A stretch of 64,000 nt of DNA from Christensenellales bacterium (GCA_048394785.1 DBFJGL010000111.1:152-64151), one strand, 5' to 3'; counted from the first letter of the stretch, positions 47,000 through 57,469 are shown. Notes: a model not told the origin generated them from the letters alone. Translations and numbers: made by a program.

Positions 47000-49900
47000 C
47001 TATTCTTCGTCATCATTCGAGCCGATGCCGAAGATGTCGTTGAGCTCGGGCGTGCCCTGAGTGAGCGCGCTGAAAATGTTTTCGTCATCGTCGTCGCCGG
47101 TATCGAACAGGTTGTCGAACGACGTATCGCTGCCGCCGATATTGTCAAAGATATTCGCGCCGTCCAGAATATCGATTTCCTTCAAATCTTCCGTCTTTAC
47201 GATGGGTTGAGTGTCGAAGTCGAGTTCTTCGTCGGAGTAATCGCGCAGCTTGACCTCGTCGCGGTCCTCGGTGAGCACCTTGACGTCGAGCGCAAGGCTC
47301 TGCAACTCTTTGACCAATACCTTAAAGGATTCGGGAATGCCGGGTTCGGAAATGTTGTTGCCCTTGACGATGGACTCGTAAGTCTTTACTCTGCCCACCA
47401 CGTCGTCGGACTTGACGGTGAGGATTTCCTGCAACATATTCGCCGCGCCGTACGCTTCGAGCGCCCAGACTTCCATTTCGCCGAAACGCTGTCCGCCGAA
47501 CTGAGCTTTACCGCCCAGAGGCTGCTGCGTGACAAGGCTGTACGGGCCCGTGCTTCTCGCGTGAATCTTGTCGTCGACGAGGTGATGCAGTTTGAGGTAA
47601 TACATATATCCGACCGTTACGCGGTTCTCAAACGGTTCGCCCGTTCTTCCGTCGTAAAGCTGAATTTTGCCGTCAACCTTTCCTTCTTCGTTCACCAAGC
47701 CGCAGTCCTTGAACAATGCCTTTATATCCTGCTCGTTCGCGCCGTCGAAAACGGGGGTGGCAACCTTCCAGCCGAGCATACTCGCAACCAAGCCGAGGTG
47801 AACCTCCAAGACCTGACCGATGTTCATACGGGACGGAACGCCCAGAGGGTTAAGTACGATTTGGAGCGGAGTGCCGTCTGCCATAAAGGGCATATCCTCT
47901 CTGGGCAGCACGCGCGAGATAACGCCCTTGTTACCGTGACGTCCCGCCATCTTATCGCCCACGGATATCTTTCTCTTCTGGGCGATGTACACTCTGACCA
48001 GCTTGTTTACGCCGGGGCTGAGCTCGTCGCGGTTCTTTCTGGTGAATATCTTGACGTCTACCACGATACCGCTTTCGCCGTTGGGCACGCGTAAGGACGT
48101 GTCTCTGACCTCTCTCGCCTTTTCGCCGAATATGGCTCTCAACAGTCTTTCTTCGGGGGTGAGTTCCGTCTCGCCCTTGGGAGTGACTTTACCCACGAGA
48201 ATGTCGCCGCTCTTCACCTCCGCGCCGACCATGACTATGCCGTCTTCGTCGAGGTTTTTGAGCGCGTCGTCGCTGAGGTTGGGTATATCTCTCGTTATCT
48301 GCTCCTCGCCGAGCTTGGTATCGCGCGCCTCTATTTCATATTCCTCTATGTGTATAGAAGTAAATATATCATCTTTTACGAGGTCCTCGCTGATAAGTAT
48401 CGCGTCCTCGTAGTTGTATCCTTCCCAGGACATAAATCCGACGAGAATGTTTCTGCCGAGAGCAAGTTCGCCCTTATCGGTAGCGGGACCGTCGGCAAGC
48501 ACGGTGGCTTCTTTTACTACTCTGCCCTGCTCGTCCTTGACCTGAGCGTAAACTCTGTCGCCCTTTCTCACGATGGGGTGCTGATTTATGCAGGTGGATT
48601 GGTTGCTGCGCTCGAACTTGGACATCGTATAGACGTCTTCCGTTCCGTCCTCGGCCTCAACCACGATTTTATCCGCGTCGACGTATTTTACGAAACCGTC
48701 GCGCTTTGCAAGTTTAAGTACGCCGCTGTCGTATGCGATTCTGTGCTCGACGCCCGTTGCAATCATAGGTGCTTCGGGACGGAGGAGGGGCACCGCCTGA
48801 CGCTGCATGTTGGAACCCATCAGCGCACGGTTTGTATCGTCGTTCTCCAAGAAGGGAATGAGCGCCGTCGCTATGGATATGAGCTGCTTGGGCGACACGT
48901 CCATATAGTCGACCTGCGCCTTGGGCACTTCTCTTATGTCGTTTCTTATACGGCAAGTGACGCGGTCGCGCACGAACTTGCTGTTTTCGTCAAGTTCTTC
49001 GTTAGCCTGCGCCACGACGTATTTATCTTCTTCGTCCGCGGTCATATAGACGACTTCGTCCGTAACTACGCCGCTCGCCTTATCGATTTTGCGGTACGCC
49101 GTTTCGATAAAGCCGTATTCGTTGACTTTGGCGTAAGTGGACAGCGAGGATATAAGACCGATGTTCTGTCCTTCGGGAGTTTCAATCGGGCACATACGTC
49201 CGTAGTGGGAGTGGTGAACGTCACGCACTTCGAAGCTCGCTCTTTCGCGGTTCAGACCTCCGGGTCCCAACGCAGACAGCTTTCTCTTGTGGGTAAGCTC
49301 GGCAATGGGGTTGGGCTGGTCCATAAACTGCGACAGCTGAGAGGAGCCGAAGAACTCCTTGACCGCGCTCGTCACGGGGCGGATATTTATGAGAGTCTGA
49401 GGCGTGATTTCCGCGTTTTCCTGAGCGGACGCCATTCTCTCCTTTATAACTCTTTCAAGACGGGAAATACCGATGCGGAACTGATTTTGGAGCAATTCGC
49501 CCACGGCGCGTACGCGGCGGTTGGACAGGTGGTCGATGTCGTCGCAGCTTCCGAAGCCGTAACGCAGACCGAGGTTATAGCTGACGGTCGCGATGATGTC
49601 GTCTATGGTGATGTGCTTGTAAACAAGCTGGTCGACCGACGCCTTGATTACCATAAGCAGTTCTTCGCGGTTTGCGCCGAACTCGTCGATAATCGCTTTG
49701 AGGCTGGGGTAATACACCTTTTCGAGAATGCCGAGTTCACGGGGATTGCACTCCACAAACGCGTCCAAATCGACGGTGTTGTTGCCGATTGCCTTATACT
49801 CTCTCGACGTGCCGTCCTCGTCGGTGTACGCAAGATAAACGACGTTGACCGCGTTATTCTGAATTTCTCTTGCCTTTTCTTCGGTGACGGTTTCGCCCTT

Positions 49901-50824
49901 CTGCGCGAGAATTTCGCCCGTTACGGGGCTTACTACGTCCTCCGCGAGTTTGCGGCCTGCAATACGGTTTGCAATGGACAGCTTCTTGTTGTACTTATAG
50001 CGGCCCACTCTTGCCAGGTCGTATTTCTTGTAGTCGTAGAAGGTATTTTGAATGAGAATGTTCGCGCCTTCCGTCGTGGGGACTTCGCCCGGACGCAGAC
50101 GGCGGAACAAATCGATTTTACCGGCTTCCTCGCTCTTGCAGTTGACGTCTTTCTGACAGGTCGCCGCAATCATGGAATCCGCGCCGAAAAGCTCGGCGAG
50201 TTCTTCGTCCGTGCCGAAACCGAGCGCGCGCAGAAGCGTGGTCGCGGTAATCTTTCTCGTACGGTCGACGTGCACCCAAAGCAAATCGTTCTGGTCCTGC
50301 TCGAATTCGAGCCAGGCTCCGCGGTTGGGTATGACGGTGGTCGCATAACGGGGCACACCGTTTTTATCGGGAGTCTTGTCGTTGTAAACGCCGGGGCTTC
50401 TGACAAGCTGGCTGACGATGACGCGCTCCGCACCGTTGATAACGAACGAGCCCGACTCGGTCATCAACGGAAAATCGCCCATAAACACTTCCTGCTCCAC
50501 CACTTCGCCGGTGTCGTTGTTGGTCAGTCTTGCCCTCACCTTCAAGGGAAGCGCGTACGTGGTATCGCGGTCCTTACATTCCTTGACGGTGTACTTGGGC
50601 GTACCCTCCAACGAGTGCGACAAAAACTCCAATTTAAGCCTGCCCGAGAAGTCGTTTATAGGCGAATAATCGCGAAACACTTCTCTGATGCCGGCGTCGA
50701 TGAAGTTGGCGTAGGAATCCTTTTGCACTTCGATAAGGTACGGGATATCGAGGACGTCCTTTATCTTTGAAAAGGTCTGTCTTTCGGTCATTCCGTACAT
50801 TTCCTTGTGAACACTTTGGGACAT
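47000..50824 (-). CDS. rpoB: DNA-directed RNA polymerase subunit beta, with an extended acidic C-terminal tail
   Basis: 1274 aa with conserved beta-subunit blocks ([29 protein letters not shown]). The tail reads ...[12 protein letters not shown]...GSNDDEE. Confidence 0.98.
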   Translation of the reverse strand: MSQSVHKEMYGMTERQTFSKIKDVLDIPYLIEVQKDSYANFIDAGIREVFRDYSPINDFSGRLKLEFLSHSLEGTPKYTVKECKDRDTTYALPLKVRARLTNNDTGEVVEQEVFMGDFPLMTESGSFVINGAERVIVSQLVRSPGVYNDKTPDKNGVPRYATTVIPNRGAWLEFEQDQNDLLWVHVDRTRKITATTLLRALGFGTDEELAELFGADSMIAATCQKDVNCKSEEAGKIDLFRRLRPGEVPTTEGANILIQNTFYDYKKYDLARVGRYKYNKKLSIANRIAGRKLAEDVVSPVTGEILAQKGETVTEEKAREIQNNAVNVVYLAYTDEDGTSREYKAIGNNTVDLDAFVECNPRELGILEKVYYPSLKAIIDEFGANREELLMVIKASVDQLVYKHITIDDIIATVSYNLGLRYGFGSCDDIDHLSNRRVRAVGELLQNQFRIGISRLERVIKERMASAQENAEITPQTLINIRPVTSAVKEFFGSSQLSQFMDQPNPIAELTHKRKLSALGPGGLNRERASFEVRDVHHSHYGRMCPIETPEGQNIGLISSLSTYAKVNEYGFIETAYRKIDKASGVVTDEVVYMTADEEDKYVVAQANEELDENSKFVRDRVTCRIRNDIREVPKAQVDYMDVSPKQLISIATALIPFLENDDTNRALMGSNMQRQAVPLLRPEAPMIATGVEHRIAYDSGVLKLAKRDGFVKYVDADKIVVEAEDGTEDVYTMSKFERSNQSTCINQHPIVRKGDRVYAQVKDEQGRVVKEATVLADGPATDKGELALGRNILVGFMSWEGYNYEDAILISEDLVKDDIFTSIHIEEYEIEARDTKLGEEQITRDIPNLSDDALKNLDEDGIVMVGAEVKSGDILVGKVTPKGETELTPEERLLRAIFGEKAREVRDTSLRVPNGESGIVVDVKIFTRKNRDELSPGVNKLVRVYIAQKRKISVGDKMAGRHGNKGVISRVLPREDMPFMADGTPLQIVLNPLGVPSRMNIGQVLEVHLGLVASMLGWKVATPVFDGANEQDIKALFKDCGLVNEEGKVDGKIQLYDGRTGEPFENRVTVGYMYYLKLHHLVDDKIHARSTGPYSLVTQQPLGGKAQFGGQRFGEMEVWALEAYGAANMLQEILTVKSDDVVGRVKTYESIVKGNNISEPGIPESFKVLVKELQSLALDVKVLTEDRDEVKLRDYSDEELDFDTQPIVKTEDLKEIDILDGANIFDNIGGSDTSFDNLFDTGDDDDENIFSALTQGTPELNDIFGIGSNDDEE

Positions 50825-51007
50825 ATTTCACTCCTTGAAAAAAATTACCGTTTCATCTTCCGAAAAAATTTTTTCCGCGAGGTCGAATTTTTCGAAAGCA
50901 CTTGTTTTCTTTGCGCTTTGCGCTATACTAATGCCGTAAATATAACCCCCTACCCCCAAAAACGCCTGTTTGTGAGGGTAGGATACAGCATTATTGCGCA
51001 TTTTCCT

Positions 51008-51036
51008 ATTTTATCAGCAAATTTCAAGGTTGTCAA
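51008..51036 (-). promoter_or_regulatory. Candidate rpoBC promoter, implying a roughly 175-nt 5' UTR
   Basis: The minus strand reads TTGACA (51036-51031), a 17-nt spacer, then TAAAAT (51013-51008). Confidence 0.5.
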
Positions 51037-51219
51037 GCGCGGACGCATATAAAAAACGCGTGTTTTTCGATGTTTTTTTGCAAATTTTCAAGCATAATTT
51101 TACATTTGTTTTCGTGCTTTACACCGTCCGATTTTTACGGATTTTATGCGTTCGTGGAGTTTTTGAAAAAGATAAAAACCGGTTTTTTCGCCGAATAATC
51201 TCCGCGGCAAATTCTTAGC

Positions 51220-51248
51220 TTGTGCATTCTTGTCTTTGCGTGTATAAT
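51220..51248 (+). promoter_or_regulatory. Candidate promoter of rqcP-ispDF
   Basis: TTGTGC (51220-51225), a 17-nt spacer, then TATAAT (51243-51248) preceded by TG. The -10 box ends only 7 nt before the ATG at 51256. Confidence 0.45.
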
Positions 51249-51255
51249 ATCGGCT

Positions 51256-51507
51256 ATGAGAATAGATAAATTTCTTAAAGTATCGCGAGTGATAAAACGG
51301 CGGTCGGTAGCGGCGGACGCGTGCAGCGGCGGACGCATCGAAATCAACGGCAAGCAGGTCAAGCCCGCAAAGGAAGTAAAAATCGGCGATATTGTCACCG
51401 TTACTTTCGGCAACAGCTCTATGACTTTCGAAGTGCTGAATACCGACGAGAGGCAGACAAAACAGTCCGCCGATTCGATGTACAGAATTATAAATGAAAA
51501 CGAGTGA
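51256..51507 (+). CDS. rqcP: S4-domain RNA-binding protein, YabO/RqcP-like (ribosome quality control)
   Basis: MRIDKFLKVSRVIKRRSVAADACSGGRIEINGKQVKPAKEVKIGDIVTV... is collinear with B. subtilis YabO (MRLDKFLKVSRLIKRR...). The N-terminal 12 codons of the longer ORF-track form (51220) are hydrophobic and overlap the promoter. Confidence 0.8.
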   Translation: MRIDKFLKVSRVIKRRSVAADACSGGRIEINGKQVKPAKEVKIGDIVTVTFGNSSMTFEVLNTDERQTKQSADSMYRIINENE

Positions 51508-52612
51508 CGTAAACGTAATTATCGCAGCGGCGGGCGCAAGCGTGCGTTTCGGCGAAAAAGACAAACTCTTGGAACCGTGCAAAACTTCCTTCGTGTTAGC
51601 GGAGGCGGTCAAACCCTTTTTGGCTTTTGCCGAAATATCCCGCGTAATAATCGCAACGGACGGCGCAAAAGCAGAAATAATCGGACAAAAACTGTCCGAC
51701 TGCGGCATAACGGACGACCGCGTCGTCTTTTGCGACGGAGGCGCGAGCCGCACGAAAACGGTAATCAACGCACTCAAAATGCTCGACGGGCATTGCAAAA
51801 CGGTGCTTATCCACGACGGCGCGCGCCCCTACGTCACGCCGCGCACAATCTCCGCGGTCATTGACGGCGCAAGACAAAAAGGCGCGTCCCTGCCCTTGCT
51901 TGCCCTCACCGACGCGCTTGTCCGAACAGGCGAAAAGACGGAGCCCGTCGACCGCTCTCAATATCGTCGGGTGCAAACCCCCGCGGGGTTCGAGCGCAAC
52001 AGGCTGATTTCCGCCTACTCGATGGCAACGGAGGACTTTTACGACGATATAAGCGTGGTCCTCAAACACTCCGAAGGCGAAGTCGCGGTCATCGACGGCG
52101 ACGAAAACAACGTTAAAATCACATCAAAAGAAGACCTCAAAACCCCGTTGGTCGGTTGCGGATACGACGTTCACAGACTTGTCAAAGGTGAAGGACTACG
52201 CCTTTTGGGAGTCGATATCCCCTGCCCTTATTCCTTTGTTGCGCACTCCGACGGCGACGTCGCAATTCACGCGCTGATGGACGCAATACTGTCCGCCCTG
52301 GGCAAAAAAGACATCGGACATTACTTCCCCGTGGACGACGCGCGCTACGACGGAATTGACAGCACAAAGCTTCTCAAAGAAGTTTTGGACGTTATGGGCA
52401 AAGACGGTTATGCCGTATCCAACTGCGCCGTCGCCGTAATTGCGGAAAAGCCCGTACTGTCGCCTTATATCGATAGAATGAAAACCGTAATCGCCGCTTT
52501 AATCGGCGTTACGTCGGAAAAAGTAGGAATAACCGCCACAACCAATGAAAGAGTTGGCGATATAGGCGACGGCAACGCCATCGCCGCTTATGCAACGGTG
52601 CAATTAGTTTAA
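51494..52612 (+). CDS. ispDF: Bifunctional IspD/IspF (MEP cytidylyltransferase / MEcPP synthase)
   Basis: 372 aa. The N-terminal half carries IIAAAGASVRFG and VLIHDGARP (IspD). The C-terminal half carries GCGYDVHRL and AHSDGDVAIHALMDA (IspF). It overlaps rqcP by 14 nt. Confidence 0.92.
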   Translation: MKTSDVNVIIAAAGASVRFGEKDKLLEPCKTSFVLAEAVKPFLAFAEISRVIIATDGAKAEIIGQKLSDCGITDDRVVFCDGGASRTKTVINALKMLDGHCKTVLIHDGARPYVTPRTISAVIDGARQKGASLPLLALTDALVRTGEKTEPVDRSQYRRVQTPAGFERNRLISAYSMATEDFYDDISVVLKHSEGEVAVIDGDENNVKITSKEDLKTPLVGCGYDVHRLVKGEGLRLLGVDIPCPYSFVAHSDGDVAIHALMDAILSALGKKDIGHYFPVDDARYDGIDSTKLLKEVLDVMGKDGYAVSNCAVAVIAEKPVLSPYIDRMKTVIAALIGVTSEKVGITATTNERVGDIGDGNAIAAYATVQLV

Positions 52613-53200
52613 TTGAATTTCCTTTTATCCGCTTATCCGTTTGTGTACCTATTCCCCGTGTCATTACCTTCGTTTTATCTGCTTACAATTTTTTACCGTG
52701 TCATTGCGAGCGGAGCCGTCAGGCGCAGCGCGGCAATCTCCTAAATAGGAGCGTACACCGTTTTGCCCTCTGCTTTCGTCCTCTGCATGCGGGACTGCCA
52801 CACGCTCGAAAATTGTTGCACTCGCATTATTGCGGCGATTGCCACAATGCAACTCGCTTGTTAATTTTCTCGCTTTCCGCGTGCGTTATGTTACGCACTA
52901 TGTGCTTCACGCTTAATCGCACGCGGTTGACAGCAACTCCAAGCTTAGAGCTCTGCTTAGGGGACTGCCACGTCACTTCGCTCCTCGCAGTGACACGTGG
53001 GAAATACTGTATGTTACGAGTTATATTTATTCTCTTCTCAATTTATACAACTCCGTTATTACTAGCCTCTTTTTATCCGCTTGCTTAGCTTATTCAACCG
53101 TGTCATTGCGAGAGGAGTGAGTAACACGAACGGAACGCGGCAATCCCCTAAATAAGCGACGGTAACCCATACACGGCAATGCCGCATCTTATATAACAAT
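52613..53200. repeat. Intergenic cluster of GC-rich palindromic repeat elements (family core GTGTCAYTGCGAGGAG ... GGCAATCCCCTAAATA / GGCAGTCCCCTA)
   Basis: Copies or fragments lie at 52654-52666, 52696-52748, 52781-52803 (inverted), 52951-53001 (inverted) and 53098-53154. An associated TTTTATCYGCTT box occurs at about 52624, 52672 and 53070. There is also a 9-bp-stem hairpin CCGCGTGCG (52877)/CGCACGCGG (52918). Confidence 0.8.
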
Positions 53201-53236
53201 CAAATAAGAGGACGCATAAGCGTCCTCTTATTTTGA
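53200..53236. terminator. Bidirectional terminator between ispDF and the lipoprotein gene
   Basis: Stem ATAAGAGGACG (53204-53214) pairs with CGTCCTCTTAT (53221-53231), followed by TTTTG. Confidence 0.75.
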
Positions 53237-53271
53237 TTTACTATGACCTATTGTCTTTTAATCAACCGTTA

Positions 53272-53640
53272 TTATTTAGCGTCTTTGATACCCTGCGCAG
53301 TACCAATGAACAGTACGCTGCTCTGTCTTTCAACCACAACATCACCGGGGAGATAATCCAAAGTTGCTTTCAACATTTGAACAACATCTCCGTTTTCCGC
53401 TGCTTTTGCCGCTTTTATGGACTTGTATCCTATAACTATAACGCCGTCGCTCAGACCTTTCATACCGGACACGACAAACTTAATATCTTCTTCGTCTTCC
53501 GGAGCTTCCTCTGCCTTTACAGTATAACCGGCTTTTTCCAATCTCTTTTCGTAGTTTTCTGCGTTACAAGCGACCAGCGCAATGGAAAGCACAGCAACGA
53601 GCATAATTATTGCTACAATGGAAATAATTTTCTTGTTCAT
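53272..53640 (-). CDS. Small hypothetical lipoprotein
   Basis: 122 aa with the signal peptide and lipobox MNKKIISIVAIIMLVAVLSIALVAC. GGAGG lies upstream. I recognise no family. Confidence 0.6.
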   Translation of the reverse strand: MNKKIISIVAIIMLVAVLSIALVACNAENYEKRLEKAGYTVKAEEAPEDEEDIKFVVSGMKGLSDGVIVIGYKSIKAAKAAENGDVVQMLKATLDYLPGDVVVERQSSVLFIGTAQGIKDAK

Positions 53641-53803
53641 AAATGAACCTCCCTATAATATTAAAATCATTATAGATATTTAACCTTAAATAAGTCAATA
53701 CCTAACCTTAAAAAATTTTAATATTTCCGCACAAATTTTTGTAAGCGCAAAATTTCGGCGCTCAAAATGTCGGATATTATGCCCCTCTTGTACAAAACGC
53801 TAT

Positions 53804-53832
53804 GAAAAAACGCCGCAAATTGCGGCGTTTTG
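53804..53832 (-). terminator. Terminator downstream of rpsI
   Basis: The minus strand reads AAAACGCCGCAATTTGCGGCGTTTTTT. Confidence 0.8.
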
Positions 53833-53849
53833 AATATAACTTCCGAAAG

Positions 53850-54269
53850 TTATCTCTTGCTGAACTGAGGTGCCTTACGAGCCTTGTGCAGACCGTACTT
53901 CTTACGTTCTTTGGCTCTGGGGTCACGGGTAAGGAAGCCTGCCTTTTTGAGAGTGGCGCGATACGCGTCGCTGTCTGCAACGCACAGCGCTCTCGCAATG
54001 CCGTGACGGATTGCTCCCGCCTGACCCGTCATACCGCCGCCCTTGACGTTGACGAACACGTCGAACTTATCGGACGCGGACGTCGCAACCAACGGCTGGT
54101 TGACAATCAGTTTCATCGTGTCGAGAGGGAAATATTCCTCTATGGTGCGGTTGTTGATGGTGATTGCGCCTTCGCCGCCGGGGATAAGACGTACTCTTGC
54201 AATGGCAGTCTTTCTTCTGCCGGTGCCGAGATATTGAACCTTTTTCTTAACGCTCTTTTTAGTAGCCAT
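53850..54269 (-). CDS. rpsI: 30S ribosomal protein S9
   Basis: 139 aa: [14 protein letters not shown]...[19 protein letters not shown]. Confidence 0.96.
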   Translation of the reverse strand: MATKKSVKKKVQYLGTGRRKTAIARVRLIPGGEGAITINNRTIEEYFPLDTMKLIVNQPLVATSASDKFDVFVNVKGGGMTGQAGAIRHGIARALCVADSDAYRATLKKAGFLTRDPRAKERKKYGLHKARKAPQFSKR

Positions 54270-54281
54270 ATTTCACCTCAA

Positions 54282-54731
54282 CTAATTCAGTTTAAGCTCA
54301 ATCGGGCATTGTGCCTGATGAGTATGCTCTGCACCCGTGTAAACGCGGAGCTTTTTGAGCATATCCTTGCCAAGACTCGTCTTGGGAAGCATACCCTTGA
54401 CCGCCTTGTAAACGGCGAATTCGGGCTTCTCGTTCATAAGCTTTTTGTACTGAACCTCTTTCAAACCTCCGATATAACCGGTGTGATAGCGGTAGTACTT
54501 CTGTTCGAGCTTCTTGCCCGTAAGCTTAACCTTTTCGCAGTTTATTATGATAACGTGGTCGCCGCAATCGACGTTGGGCGTATATTCGGGCTTATTTTTG
54601 CCTTTAAGTATAGTTGCAACCTGAGAAGCAAGACGTCCGAGCACCATATCCGTTGCGTCGATGACGTACCATTTGCTTTCGACTTCGCCCGGCTTAGCCA
54701 TATAAGACTTGTTGTTGTTTGCCGTAGCCAT
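54282..54731 (-). CDS. rplM: 50S ribosomal protein L13
   Basis: 149 aa: [33 protein letters not shown]. The start could instead be the internal M11. Confidence 0.95.
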   Translation of the reverse strand: MATANNNKSYMAKPGEVESKWYVIDATDMVLGRLASQVATILKGKNKPEYTPNVDCGDHVIIINCEKVKLTGKKLEQKYYRYHTGYIGGLKEVQYKKLMNEKPEFAVYKAVKGMLPKTSLGKDMLKKLRVYTGAEHTHQAQCPIELKLN

Positions 54732-54861
54732 ATCTGACCTCCAATAAAATAATAGGTGTTTATGTCAATCTGTCGAGCGAGGGGCTATTCGCCGTGACAG
54801 CGTTATGCGTTCCTATAAAAAGACGCTTGATTATGATAATAAATATACCCGAATAAGTCAA
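54732..54861 (-). promoter_or_regulatory. Candidate rplM-rpsI promoter plus leader hairpin (possible L13 leader)
   Basis: The minus strand reads TTGACT (54861-54856), a 17-nt spacer, then TATCAT (54838-54833). The leader contains the hairpin CTGTC...GACAG (54770-54800). The L13-leader assignment rests on position only. Confidence 0.35.
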
Positions 54862-54920
54862 GCGATTTTCGACAAAATTATATTGCACCCCTTTGTCAGG
54901 TCGCGTATCGGATTCACATT

Positions 54921-55204
54921 CCTATTTATGGGATTGCTTCGTCGCTCCGCAATCGCTCCGTTCCTCGCAATGACACCGTAATCCCCGTGTCACTGCGAGG
55001 AGCAACGCAGTTGCGACGTGGCAGTCCCCTATGCAGAGGAATATGCTTTGTTAACGGTAAATAAGTGCTCGTTCCTGTTTAGGGGATTGCCGAGATATAA
55101 GTTATCGTCGCTTATTTAGGGGATTGCCGCGATATTTAACAAGCAGAGTGCTTGTATAATAACCCTTAATGCGTAAGTCCACCCCTAAATCCCCTCATAG
55201 GGGA
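54921..55204. repeat. Second intergenic cluster of the same GC-rich palindromic repeat family
   Basis: Copies lie at 54921-54977 (inverted) and 54983-55039 (forward), head-to-head so that they form an imperfect palindrome of about 115 bp. Fragments TTTAGGGGATTGCCG lie at 55076-55094 and 55111-55131. CCCCTAAAT plus the palindrome CCCCTCATAGGGG lie at 55182-55204. Confidence 0.8.
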
Positions 55205-55339
55205 CTTCGCGGATTGCGCGGCGAAGCGACGTGTCTTGTTATGCCACTCGGTCGGGCAAAAGGTACGAACAAAATTTTTGCCCTCCCTTGTACAGAGTAT
55301 CAACCGCGCAAGTCCTATTCGTCGGGGCGTCGCCCCTCC

Positions 55340-57469
55340 CTACTTCGCAACCATATTCTTCAACTTTATTTTGCAACTCTTTGCGCTTATCCGAACGTCC
55401 GCGCGCCTGCCGACGGGTTTGCCGTCAACCTCGACGTCCGCGCCTTTGATGTCGTCAAAAACAAGGTTTAACCTGTCAAAATCGCCTCGTTTAATAACAT
55501 TCACGGTTATTTCGGCATTGTCGGCGGCAAATCTCGTGTTCACGGTTATTTTTCCGTCTGCGTCGCACAAATCAAACGAATTGACGCCCTTTCCTATGTG
55601 CAGGATAACGTCGGAGAAGTTTTGAGAATTATCCTCTTTCTCGGGAAGCATCGGGATAATACCTCCCTCCTTTACAAACACGGGGTAACTGTCGACGGGA
55701 CAGAGAATTTCCTTTACGCAGCCGCCCTCATAGCGTTTTCCCGTAAAGAAATCGCGCCATACACCCTCGGGAAACCAAACCTTGACGCGGCTTATATCGT
55801 TGTGTGATTTTTCCACCGCCGCGCACACCATCATTTCGGTGCCGAACATATATTGATTGCGAGATTTATAAGCTTCCTCTCCCTTGTAATAATAGTACAT
55901 CGGCAAAATAAGCGGCACGCCCTGCTCCGCCGATTTCACGTTCATCGAATAAAGATATGGCAACAGCCTGTGGCGCAATCTCAGAAAGTCCGACGCAATC
56001 TTTTCGTATTTATCGCCGTAAAGCCACGGCTCTTTGCTTATCGCGTTGTTGGAAGAATGCAGCCTCAATATGGGAGAAAACACTCCGTATTGCACCCACC
56101 TTGCGTAAAGTTCTCCCCTGCCGCGCCCGTAAAGGTGCCCGCCTATATCGTGCGACCACCAACCGTAACCGATATTTGAGGCCGTGGCGGTAAAATACGG
56201 TTGCAGTTTCAAGCTTTTCCAGCACACAAACGTGTCCCCCGAAAATCCGAGGGGGTAACGGTGCGAGCCCGCGCCCGCATAACGCGACAAAATCACTCCG
56301 TTTTGCCCGCTGTCGGCATTGCGGTTTACGTCCATTGTGTGATAGTGGTTGAGCAGCCACAACGGGTCCAGCCCTTTGATTTTCGATTTCGTGCCCTGCT
56401 GCCAGTCAATCCACCAAAAATCTACGCCCTCTTTTTCATAGGGGTGGTGCAGAATATCGAAATAACTGTCGCGGAAAGTCGGGTTTGTCAAATCGAATTC
56501 AACCGTCTTTTTGGTGCTCGGCTCGATGCCGTTCGCCCTTGCCATTTCGGGGTACTGCTCCTCGAAATATCTGACTCCGTCGCGCGGGTGCAGGTTCATC
56601 GTAACCGCAAGTCCGCGGCGTTTCAACTCCGACAAAAATCTTTTATGGTCGGGAAACAGGCTTTTTTCAAAGGTGTACCCCGTCCAGCCCCTGCCCTGAA
56701 TGCCCTTATACTCGGCGTCTTTGGGCACGTTTTTCACTATGTGCCAATCCATATCCACGGTAGCGACGGTAAGCGGAATGTTTTTGAGCGCGAATTTATC
56801 CATCAAATCAAGGTATCCGCGCTCGGAATACGCATAATAACGCGACCACCAATTGCCGAGAACGTATTTCGGCAAAAGCGGCTGATAACCCGTAAGTTCG
56901 TAATATTCTCTGAGTCCGCCGAGATAATCGTCGCCGAACGCAAAAACGTATTTATCCGCAATACCGCGCCTTCGCGCTTCCACGCTTCCGTCGGCGTTCA
57001 GCGTAAAACTCTTGGAATCGTCTATTTCCGCGACGCCGTTTCTCGCCATTACTCCGCCCTTCATATTGGCAAGGCAGAACGCCTCTTTTTTTATTCTGCC
57101 CGAATAATTTTTAAGCGCAACGCCGAACGTGCCGTCAAGCGTCCGCGCCGTGCCTCCGAGGTTGTATTTTGCACGCGCGCGTTCGCGTCTGCCGTCCATT
57201 ACACAAGCCGTTTTAAGACTGCGCTTATCCACCTCGAATACGACGCGTTTTGTCGTAACGATAATTTTATCCCGTTCTTTTATAACGGTAAACTGCGGTT
57301 TTGCAAAATTTCTGCATACGGCAAACTGTGTTGCCCTGTCCTCGAAAGTTCCGCTTCCGTCCCGCTCTATGCGAATTATTCTGTCGCTTAAAACGGTTAT
57401 CCTGACGTCGTCTTCCAAAACGACGCATTTGCCGTCGGCAGGTGCCGAGTTTACTCCGAATCTACTCAT
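55340..57469 (-). CDS. Glycoside hydrolase family 31 protein (alpha-glycosidase, specificity unknown)
   Basis: 709 aa with the GH31-type catalytic region GVDFWWIDWQQG and WSHDIGGH and a general GH31 domain order. The assignment rests on motif recognition only. Confidence 0.7.
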   Translation of the reverse strand: MSRFGVNSAPADGKCVVLEDDVRITVLSDRIIRIERDGSGTFEDRATQFAVCRNFAKPQFTVIKERDKIIVTTKRVVFEVDKRSLKTACVMDGRRERARAKYNLGGTARTLDGTFGVALKNYSGRIKKEAFCLANMKGGVMARNGVAEIDDSKSFTLNADGSVEARRRGIADKYVFAFGDDYLGGLREYYELTGYQPLLPKYVLGNWWSRYYAYSERGYLDLMDKFALKNIPLTVATVDMDWHIVKNVPKDAEYKGIQGRGWTGYTFEKSLFPDHKRFLSELKRRGLAVTMNLHPRDGVRYFEEQYPEMARANGIEPSTKKTVEFDLTNPTFRDSYFDILHHPYEKEGVDFWWIDWQQGTKSKIKGLDPLWLLNHYHTMDVNRNADSGQNGVILSRYAGAGSHRYPLGFSGDTFVCWKSLKLQPYFTATASNIGYGWWSHDIGGHLYGRGRGELYARWVQYGVFSPILRLHSSNNAISKEPWLYGDKYEKIASDFLRLRHRLLPYLYSMNVKSAEQGVPLILPMYYYYKGEEAYKSRNQYMFGTEMMVCAAVEKSHNDISRVKVWFPEGVWRDFFTGKRYEGGCVKEILCPVDSYPVFVKEGGIIPMLPEKEDNSQNFSDVILHIGKGVNSFDLCDADGKITVNTRFAADNAEITVNVIKRGDFDRLNLVFDDIKGADVEVDGKPVGRRADVRISAKSCKIKLKNMVAK

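Noticed and set aside
48350-50770. 806-aa ORF on the plus strand, antisense to rpoB. Similar long antisense ORFs lie at 45606-47060 (rpoC), 36889-38577 (secA), 30754-32301 (fusA), 41983-43227 (metK), 6744-7931 (cysK) and 5936-6475 (mnmA).
   Set aside because: Every one of these is in the codon-aligned antisense frame. For example, rpoB codons occupy positions congruent to 2,0,1 mod 3 and the ORF starts at 48350, which is congruent to 2. The same check holds for the others. In that frame a stop arises only opposite sense codons TTA, CTA or TCA, so the long open frames simply reflect strong avoidance of those codons in highly expressed genes. The translations are low-complexity, R/H/V-rich and show no recognisable motifs.
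50941-50980. Hairpin CCTACCC...GGGTAGG in the rpoB 5' UTR, considered as an attenuator or riboswitch.
   Set aside because: It has only a 7-bp stem with a roughly 20-nt loop, no following U tract and no similarity to known leaders that I can recognise. The evidence is insufficient.
51100-51798. 232-aa minus-strand ORF spanning the rpoB-rqcP intergenic region and the 5' part of ispDF.
   Set aside because: It overlaps two confidently identified plus-strand genes and their promoter. It has no RBS or recognisable domain, and its composition is typical of antisense reading.
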